Source: Paramoeba atlantica
Taxonomy: Eukaryota; Protista; Discosea
Direction: 5' to 3'
NCBI GenBank assembly: GCA_977017575.1
Contig: CDRNVI010000154.1
Span: 11,279 to 75,278 of the forward strand
Length of the DNA: 64,000 nucleotides
Translations under genes and position numbers: made by a program
Notes under the pieces: generated by a model
Told to the model about the DNA's origin: nothing
Seen by the model: the letters and a program-made list of their open reading frames with translations, nothing else
Database searches by the model: none
Shown: positions 49,193 to 57,756 of the stretch, one piece after another
How positions within the stretch are numbered: position 1 is the first letter of the stretch
Layout of the letters: each line of letters opens with the position of its first letter

Positions 49193-49255
49193 TGTGGAAA
49201 GGAAAAGAAAATAGAAGTGGAAAACTGAGGGAAGAAAGGGTCGAAAGATCTTTTT

Positions 49256-49795
49256 CACAAAAAAACTTTTTTTTTTGTGGGGAAGCAAAAATACTCTTTT
49301 TTCATTTCAACACTTCAAAAAGTTCAATTTGAGGAACTTTTTGAATTTTTTTATTGTTGAAAAATTTTAAAAAGGAGTGGTGGCTAAATATTTCAAATGA
49401 ATTAAACTCTCTCTGAAAAGGATTTTTTAGTTTTATTGAAGGTTTAAAACTTTTTCCACAAAAACTTTTTTTTTTGTGGGGAAGTAAAAATACTCTTTTT
49501 TCATTTCAATACCTCAAAAAGTTCAATTTAAGGAACTTTTTGAATTTTTTTATTGTTGAAAAATTTTAGAAAGAAGTGGTGGCTAAATATTTCAAATAAA
49601 TTAAATTCCCTCTGAAAAGGATTTTTTAGTTTTATTGAAGGTTTAAAACTTTTTCTACAAAAACTTTTTTTTTTGTAGGGAAGCAAAAATACTCTTTTTT
49701 TATTTCAACACTTCAAAAAGTTCAATTTGAAGAACTTTTTGAATTTTTTTGTTGTTGAAAAATTTTAGAAAGGAGTGGTGGCTAAATATCTCAAA
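49256..49795 (+). repeat. ~2.7 tandem copies of a ~200-bp unit between divergent genes
   Basis: Units start at ~49256, 49457 and 49656 (acaaaaac...tgtggggaag...aaaaagttcaattt...ggagtggtggctaaatat). Confidence 0.9.
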
Positions 49796-50042
49796 CACAA
49801 TTTGTGGGGCAGGCAGGAAAGGCAAAAAACTTGAGGAGTTTGAGAAAAATGGGCCGCTTTCAAAACGCTCGTGAGATTTTACAAGAATTGAACATTTCTT
49901 GGGAAAACTTATCAAAGCAAATCCAATTGAAAATTTGAGATTTAAAAATTGAGGGAAGTGAAGGGAACCATGGTGTTCTTGAGTTTGAAGGAAGTGGGGT
50001 TCGTTTTCGAGGCCATCCTCTTGCACCTGATCACATGATTGC

Positions 50043-51119
50043 ATGTTGAATGCATCCTACTTGGATCATTACTTTCAGGAGATTCCCTCCGAAGCTCAAA
50101 GAAAGGCCTTCATCTCCTTTGATTTTGCTTTTTTAACAAAAGGATTGAAAATCCTTCGGTTCGATGATGAGTCAGAAGGGGGGTTAAATAATGAATGGGA
50201 TCGGAAAGGTTGGCTTCGAATCTATTCAGAATTGAATGACAGACCCAAAATTTTGGAACAACTTTCAGATCAATCAGGTGGGTTTTTAAAGCACTTGGAT
50301 TTATTGGTTGAGGAAAACCTTTTAAATGTTGTTTCTGGGGATTTATACATTTCATCTCAGAGTGGTCATAATGACATGTTTTTTTGCTCCCAGGTAGCTT
50401 CAGAAGAGGAGGTTTACAAAATGTCAATTCTTCAATCTTTGCTTCTCTCTTTGAACCTCCTCCTGCCAAAATGTAAGCAGAATGCTCAGGGGTGGAACCT
50501 CATAGCTCTTGGGCTTCACAAAATTCAAAACTCTTTAATGAAATGGGCTCAAACTCAACATCTAACGGACAACATGAAGAAAATTCTTTCATCCCTTTTA
50601 ATTGCATATGAGATAAGAGAGTATTGCTTGATGAAGTGGATAACTGGATTAAAAAAGAATTCAAACTTTTTTGTGGAACAGATTGGGATGTGCAAGAAAT
50701 TTCAAACAGCTTGGAAGGAAACAGGAAAAGATATGAGAGTTCAACTTCCAATGAAATGTACTCAACAAATTTGGATTGGAGGAGGCTGTGGAACCCTCCT
50801 CCACAAAGATGCTTCAAACTTCGGTTTGTCATTTTGCCAATATTTGGGTTTCAATTGGAGGGAAAGTGATTGTGGTGTTGGTCTCCCCGAACTTCGAATC
50901 CTTTGAAAAAATTCACCAGAATCTGCAATGGCCATTCGTGCTTGTCATTACTTTCACATGAGTTTGCCACTTGATTTAGGGTTGAAAATGATGGGTGCGT
51001 CTTTTGTTAATCTTAAAAAAAAAATCAAATCCTCTGAAAAACTAAATAAAAGGAAAGCAACACACAAACCAAAGCCCTCAAAAAAATTGGTTGAAGTGAA
51101 ATTGATAAAAAACTTATAA
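50043..51119 (+). pseudogene. TET/JBP-family 2OG-Fe(II) dioxygenase (one premature TGA; frame probably extends upstream to ~49800)
   Basis: TLLHKDASN (HxD, 50802-50810), GLSFCQYLG, GLPELRI, CHYFHMSLP (distal His 50955), GLKMMGASF. The TGA at 50904 is in frame with ORF 50928-51119. Confidence 0.75.
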
Positions 51120-51837
51120 ATTTTATTTCTCATCACCATCTTCTTTCAAAGAAATTTCAGTTTTGAGATCATACATTCATGTGAGGAAAAGGTCTTCCTG
51201 AGCAGCTCAAATCAATTTTGGGTCTGTCACCACTTCACTTCTTCAATTTAAATTCATTTGAGTTGCTCGAATTTCTTGTGGGATATTCAAAGAGGTTTGA
51301 TATTGATTTGCTAAAGAATGGCTGTATCAAAAACAAAGTCCAGTTGTGAGGACTTTAGCGTTCAGATTTGCAGAACCTCGTTGGCTACTCTGATAGAAGT
51401 GCATATGATCCAAGTAGTGGACCTGCTCCTCAGCTTCTGCTGCCCAAGGTCACAAATTCCCAAACTGACAATATGTATCCACTGCGTGAGCTTCCAGAAT
51501 GTGGAAATAAATTCACCAGGTGGAACCCATCTCCCCTCCCCAATCCGTGAAGCTTTCCTTCCAAGAACCAATTTTTTTTTCAAAATTAATGGTGACTGCT
51601 TCACAATTTGACCCTTTTGGGGGGTCACTTGTCAGCATTTGAAAACATTCTCAAAAGGTAACCTACAATGATGTTGTGGATGGTCGATTTGGATTGCAAT
51701 AAAAGATTCTTTCGACATTCTCCAATACTTGCCACATTTGAGTGCCTGTGTATCGCCCCAATTTCCAATTTCCATCATCACCAACTCGGAATCGAAAAGG
51801 AATTTTACATTTAGAAAACACAAAGACCAGCAACTTC

Positions 51838-52262
51838 TTTTTTTTTTTTTGAGGCAGACTTTATTCAATTAGTAGTTCTTAATCTAAGCCATTTGAATTA
51901 CATTAAATTATGTTTGTTTTTAACCTCTAACGAGAGGTGAAGTTTTAAACTTCAGCTTAGTTCAGTCGGTCTTTATGCTGAACTTTAGAACTTCTGCAAG
52001 TTCAGGCTGGAGGATGCACATCAGAAGGGAGAATAATCCAAAGCTCCTTCCAAGGGAATTTATCCTCAACTTTTTAGCAGACAGGGCTGAGATGTAACCT
52101 GTTCCGATTTTCACACTTCTTCAAGAGCTCCTCACTCCAATCAAATCACTCTACAGCACCAGAAAAATTTTTCCATAATATCGAAAAACTGGGATTTGAA
52201 CTCGCCCCCCCGGGGTTGGACATAGTCGAATTTACGACTAAACTACGGGCGCCAACCCAAAA
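51838..52262 (-). mobile_element. SINE1 (young, CpG-intact head)
   Basis: 16-bp TSD aaagaccagcaacttc. Confidence 0.97.
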
Positions 52263-53085
52263 AAAGACCAGCAACTTCAATGATTTGGTCTTCAATGAGT
52301 GATTCTTCTCAAATCGTTCTTTTGTGGAGCTTTTCTCATATTCTTCCTCCAGATGAGATTTCAACAAAAGGAAAGAGGAAGGTGAAGAAGAAGAAGATGA
52401 AGAGGAAGAGGAAGAGGAAGAGGAAGAAGATGAAGATGAGGAGGGTAAGGAAGATGAAGGTGAGTTCAATGATGAGGATGAACATGAAGAGAAATCTTGA
52501 AAGTCAGCCCACCACTTTGCTATTAAATCAATTCTCAAAATTAAATGAGCTGAGTTCTTCGGTATCTTTTACTTACAAAAGTTTGATTTCCATTCGTCCT
52601 GCAATGACTCACTGTTCAATCCAACCATTTTTCCTCTTCTCAAAATTGTGTATTCTCGTTAGAATATCAATAGAAAAGCAAGAGATTAAGTTCATCATGG
52701 CATTTCTGTTGAGACCTCCCCCCAACCCCAATCTGAGAGCATACTTTTTCTGGCACCCACTTATTTTCCTTCAATTCGTTTTGAATTTGAGTTTTGGCAA
52801 ATTCATTGAGAACAGTTTCAACAATATTCATTGCAGTCTCAAATTTTGTTTTGAAAAAGCCTCACTTTAAAATGATGTAATTTATCCACAATTCAAGGAA
52901 TTTCATTCCATCAAACATTTCATGGCCACAAAAAGCTTTCATCATATTCAGCAACCATTTTTGTCCATTCAAGGTTTGGGGTGGGTTTGGAGGCAATTGA
53001 TCCTTTTTGCTTATATTTTGTCCACTCTCCAAAAATCTTCACTCTTCTTCCAAATACCTTCCAAAATATTGATTTTCAACTTCAA

Positions 53086-53493
53086 GAGTTGGTGCCCATA
53101 GTTTAGTCATAAATTCGACTATGTCCAATCCTGGGGGGGCGAGTTCAAATCCCAGTTTTTCGATATTATAGAAAATTTTTCTGGTGCTGTAGAGTGATTT
53201 GATTGGAGTGAGGAGCTTTTGAAGAAGTGTGAAAATCGGAACAGGTTACATCTCAGCCCTGTCTGCTAAAAAGTTGAGGATAAATTCCCTTGGAAGGAGC
53301 TTTGGATTATTCTCCCTTCTGATGTGCATCCTCCAGCCTGAACTTGCAGAAGTTCTAAAGTTCAGCATAAAGACTGACTGAACTAAGCTGAAGTTTAAAA
53401 CTTCACCTCTCATTAGAGGTTAAAAACAAATATAATTTAATGTAATTCAAATGGCTTAGATTAAGAACTACTAACTCAAAAAAAAAAAAAAAA
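53086..53493 (+). mobile_element. SINE1 lacking the AATAAA segment
   Basis: 15-bp TSD gattttcaacttcaa; small 3' deletion (ctactaa|ctc). Confidence 0.95.
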
Positions 53494-54325
53494 GATTTTC
53501 AACTTCAAATTCAAAGAGAAAGTCCTTCAAAAACAAAATTGATTCTTCGTCTTCAGTGATTGCAAGTAGTTCACACTGTTTTTCTTCTTCTGACAACATC
53601 CCAGGAAGAGAATATATCTTTTTTTTGTTTTCAATTTCAATATTCAATAAATGAATTCATTCTTTCAATGGAGATGAGTAACTGTCACTTTGAGATTGCA
53701 AGTTTTTAAGAGTCGATTGAACTTGAGTGTCAAGCTCCTGATAAACAAGATGACGAGCAGTTTTGTGAAAGTTTTGAATCACCTCAATCTTCCCCTTAAC
53801 TTAGAAAAAATGAGATGAGAAGGTATTTGCTGGGTTCTTGGGGAAACCTGATGTTGAAGAAACACAAAACAAGTCTCTTTCGAGGGTTTTGATCATTTGT
53901 TCCTGCTCCACTTTTTCAGTTGATCCTTGGTTTTCACTTTTTCGTTTTTGTTTTCAACTTTTTTCTTCCTTCTTGAAATGAACATGACTATTCTCATCTT
54001 AAGCAAACTCAAAAATTAAATTGTTCATCTTCACTCTCTCAACAAATCAAAAACAAAACCGATGCCACAAAAGAAGGAGAAAGGTTCCACTTTTTGCTTG
54101 CTCAAAATTAAATTGTTCTCTGAAGTTTATATTTAAAAAAGCACTTTTTTAAAAGTCGTACATTCAATTTTTTATGCACTTTAAAGGATCAAATGTCTTT
54201 TTGATTTCAAGGTTTTTTTTCAAACTTTTCTCCCGTATTTAGAAATAAGAACCTCTTTTTCTTCTAAATTAAAACAAAACCAATCAAATATTGACACGTT
54301 GGCACCATACAAAAATTCCGTAATG

Positions 54326-54672
54326 ATGTATGGGATATTTAGCAAGATTCAAACTGATTCCAAAATCTATCACCTCCTTAATGTGGAAATCCATCCACTC
54401 AGCTCTGGGTGCCTATGCCAACACAAAAACCTCCATTTTTACCTCATGCTATCTTTCCTTGGACTCAAACCCCCAACTGCGCCATCCAATTGTTTTTAAC
54501 TGGGCCCTCCTCACTTCTTGTTCACCAATGAGGAGTGATTATTAGAGTCCTTTCTCCATTAGAGCCATGTGAAAGGATGCTCTTTTTGCAGCCCAAAGCC
54601 TCTCTGCCAAAGTTGTGTTTGGTCAAGCCACTCAAGTTGCTTATTCCATTATGTCTCAAGTGATCTCCATTG
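54326..54672 (+). mobile_element. Internal LINE-A fragment wedged between the right TIR and the SINE head
   Basis: Colinear with 10923-11270; no poly(A) and no TSD. Confidence 0.9.
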
Positions 54673-54690
54673 AAACTACAGGCACCTACC

Positions 54691-55498
54691 CAAAGATGCC
54701 ATTGTTTTCTTGTTATACTCGTCTTCCAACTTGAACCAAATACAGTGGGGCTTATGCTTGTAAAAGGGCACAGCAATCTTGAGTTTTGTGTTCCACTGCA
54801 GATAGATGAACAGGAAGCAATAGACCTTCTTTGCATTAAAATGCATTGCTGATCACATGCAGTGGACTTGGGGAACTGGGATGAGTAGATACTCTGCTAA
54901 ACCATACAAATCCAAATGATTTGTGATGTCATCCTTCTATTTCCAATACTTCTTCTTGGTTCCATCGAAGGGGTATTGCACCTTCATCAGATCTTTGTGG
55001 ACTTTTCAAGGGTATAACTCAATCTCATCTTCATCTGATGAGAATTCATCAGAAGAATTGCCATAATTGTCAAAGCCAGAAGAATCATCAGAATCAGGTG
55101 GGTTAGGATCAGAGTGATCAGGGGGATCTCTCTGAGGCTTCGATGTCAGTGGTGTTGCAGTCTGGTGAGTAGAAGTAGAAGAACAAGAGGCATTTGAAGA
55201 ATGAGGTTGGAAGAGTGGCATGTTGTCCAATTGGATACTATCCATCCAGTTTTCATTGTCCTTTTCCTTCTCGGTGGGCAGCTGTGACTTGGGTGTTGCA
55301 TACAAGTTCCTTTCTGGAACATCAGCAGGTTGATCAAACCCAATTGATGGTGCAAGAACTTCATTCTGATGCTTTGATTGTTGTTCAGCATGCTCCCCCC
55401 TCATGTATGTTACATTGCACTTCTTGGCAGAGTAAGAAATTGTGTTCATTTCTTCTCGCCTGATTGATCGATGATGCTTCTCAGTCTTGAGTGATTTC
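54691..55498 (-). pseudogene. Copia-3 gag N-half
   Basis: FDGTKKKYWK*KDDITNHLDLYGL...IWFKLEDEYNKKTMASL joins KKTMASLLDLTNEL at 44895. Confidence 0.85.
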
Positions 55499-55499
55499 C

Positions 55500-57502
55500 T
55501 TTTTTTTTTAAGGTTCAGACACCAGGTGCCATTTATTAGAGTTAAAAAACCATCTTTAGAATGGAAAAGAGGGGGGAAGAAAGGGGGGGGGGAGGGGAGA
55601 TAAATTAAAAGTTAGATCCAAAGATCTCTTCAGCATGGGATGCATTGGAGTTTCTTTACCAACTTTAGTTCTCACTAAGGGGTCTGCGTTTGATTGTCCA
55701 CCTTCTAAAACCAGGGAGTGACTTTGGTTTGGAGGTTTCTATGAAGTTAATTACATTCCTTTGAAAATCTTCCTCAATAAAGCTCCTCACCAGATTGCTC
55801 TCTTGGGACTGATGGAACCATCCTTGGATATCTTTAGTAATTATTACAGGGAGGATTAGAGCATTCTCAAGAGCAGTTTGGGCCAGAAACAAAACATGGG
55901 GGGTTGTCACTGTGTTTTCTTGGAATTTCCTTACAAAATTCCCTGAGGGGATGGGGAAAGTCCAGTCATGGGTGAGAGGGGAATTGATCCAGTTTCACAG
56001 GGTTGAATTCAAAATAATCCACTCTTCACTGGTTTCTGCAACATGTTGTGATCTTGGATCCCAATGATGGTCATTCACAGCACATGTTCCATCCTCTTTA
56101 GACCAACTTGCAGCAGTTGCAATTGCATCAGCTTGCTTGTTAAGTTCTCGGGGTACATGGATGAATTCTATCTCGTCAAAGCACATTGCTAACTTATGGA
56201 TTTCACAAAGTAGTTCATTCAAGGCATAGTTTTTGATGGCATGGGTTTTGGGTGCAGCCTTGGTGAGAATTATACAATCTCCAACAACTTCAATCTCATT
56301 TGTCATTGATCTGGCACATTGCATTCCTTTCAGACAGCCTGTAAATTCACCAATATTGTTGGACCCAAGAGGGATGGTTTCAAACCCACCACATATCTCT
56401 TTCCCTTTCCTGAAAACTGCAAAGCCCACACCCCCCAAATGAGGGTCTGTACAGCCTGAACTGTCATAAAACACTTGAAAGCCTTTAAATTTAAAACTTT
56501 CCTTCTCTTTGGTTCCTTTCTTTGTTTGAGTTCTTGGGGGCTGAGGGAGGATTTTGTTCTTTCTCAGGATTTTTTCAAAAATTTCAGTAGTGTGAAGTGG
56601 CCAGGAGTTTGGAGAAGGAAAGAGTGGGCAGGTGAAGGAAAGAAGGAAAGGGAAGAAAGGGAAAAGAAAGAAAGAAAAAAGTCAAGAGCAAATCATGGGA
56701 AAGATTGGTGGTGCATCGCAAAGGGAAACCAACCAAGTAAGTTTATTCCTTTTACCAACAAACAAAAGGAGTATTCATATGGGACAACAAATATAACAAG
56801 CGTGGAATTGACAAGAAGCAAAACAGAATGAAAGACAAAAACACACAAGAAAAAGGATGCAGCAGAGAGATTAAATCACAGATAAATATTACAGAACACA
56901 GGATTAATTGATGTAAAGATAATATGAAACAGAGAAATAAGATGGTGTGAAAATATTAAGGGAACAACTTGAATTCAGAGTGAGAACTGGTTGGGAAGAG
57001 CTCAGATGAGAGAGACAGGAATACATGCAGAATCAGAATGGTTTGTACAGTCTTACAAATGTTCATCAGGGATATTCACACAACAGGGGAGCACAGTGGT
57101 GTACAAAGAGAAACAGATTAATTTGCACAATATGGAATCAGTTCACACCAGGATTCTGACAAGTAGCATACTGGGGTGATTTTGATCCTTCCGCACACAC
57201 TGTGAGCCACAAACTCAACAGGGCAACACTCACCATAGAGGTTTCTTGTCTGGTGAGAAAATTTGAGACAAGATCACACACATTCTTAGTTTCTTGCCAG
57301 CTGGGTACATTCAACAAAATACATTTCCTTCCCATTGCTTGGAGGAGGCCCTCAGCCACAGAACATTCCTCCAGAAGATGAGTTTGCAACTCCTTTTCTC
57401 AGTGGCAGAGTTGGCAACTTGAGTTTTGGTTTGTGAAGTGAGCCAACTTGTCTCTTGTAGGCAGCCCTCTTATTAGGAACTTAATCAAATTCCTCTTAAG
57501 TT
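55500..57502 (-). mobile_element. LINE-A 3' part (zinc finger, RNase H, 3' UTR), interrupted by a solo LTR and cut by gypsy
   Basis: RNase H ORF 55995-56474 has intact D/E/D/D (YDSS, NIGEF, VGDC, QADA); poly(A) at 55500. Confidence 0.93.
56591..57161. repeat. Solo LTR, 571 bp, copia-like
   Basis: TGT...ACA ends and 5-bp TSD agtag. Empty site in LINE-A copy X (~11680). Terminus resembles the copia-1/2 LTRs. Confidence 0.9.
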
Positions 57503-57728
57503 TGTGAATAATGGAAATTATCAGCCCTCCAAACTTTTGGCCCAACTCTTGGTCAAATCCCAACCTTTGGCTAATATTCTTGGCCCTCTTCAGCAAATCA
57601 CCTTGATGGAGACCATTTGATGACATCAGCTCGCAACACATTCTGCTTGCACCTTTTTCACATTTTCTTGCTTTCTTGTGATTTGCATAAACTAGTTTTC
57701 CCACACAGACAAGCTTTAAGTTTTTACA
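57503..57728 (+). repeat. Ty3/gypsy 5' LTR (226 bp) followed by PBS TGGCGACACTG (57730-57740)
   Basis: TG..CA ends; starts exactly where LINE-A homology stops. The PBS implies a tRNA 3' end with a G discriminator (Ser-like; inference). Confidence 0.75.
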
Positions 57729-57756
57729 TTGGCGACACTGTACGATTCGAAGAGCG

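Larger units (their letters stand above)
51243..53800 (-). pseudogene. RAG1/Transib-like DDE transposase, decayed, two SINE insertions
   Basis: IYFHILEAHAVDTYCQFGNL*PWAAEAEE (51426-51509) aligns gap-free to RAG1 [29 protein letters not shown]. Also a HLILRID motif. About ten in-frame TGAs. Confidence 0.78.
45298..54325. mobile_element. 9.0-kb TIR DNA transposon with RAG1/Transib-like transposase and TET/JBP cargo
   Basis: 48-bp TIRs cattac(a/g)gaatttttgtatggtgccaacgtgtcaatatttgattggtt at 45298-45345 and 54278-54325. Encloses four decayed ORFs and three SINE1 copies. Confidence 0.88.

Noticed and set aside
49256-49795. CRISPR-like array
   Set aside because: Units are ~200-bp whole-unit tandem duplicates without unique spacers, in a eukaryotic context.
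52560-52590. Short intron (gtaagt...cag) to repair the transposase frameshift
   Set aside because: Splicing at the available AGs does not restore the downstream frame; a deletion or frameshift is more likely.
49821-53800. UGA reassigned to Trp/Arg (alternative genetic code) to explain the many in-frame TGAs
   Set aside because: Paralogous copies show CGA or CAA at TGA positions, and intact CGA codons are frequent in the same frames. CpG decay explains it more simply.
51243-53800. KDZ (Kyakuja/Dileera/Zisupton) transposase as the TET partner
   Set aside because: No CxC zinc-cluster domains seen; the conserved block fits the RAG1/Transib H-x4-H...E pattern better. A profile search should still confirm this.
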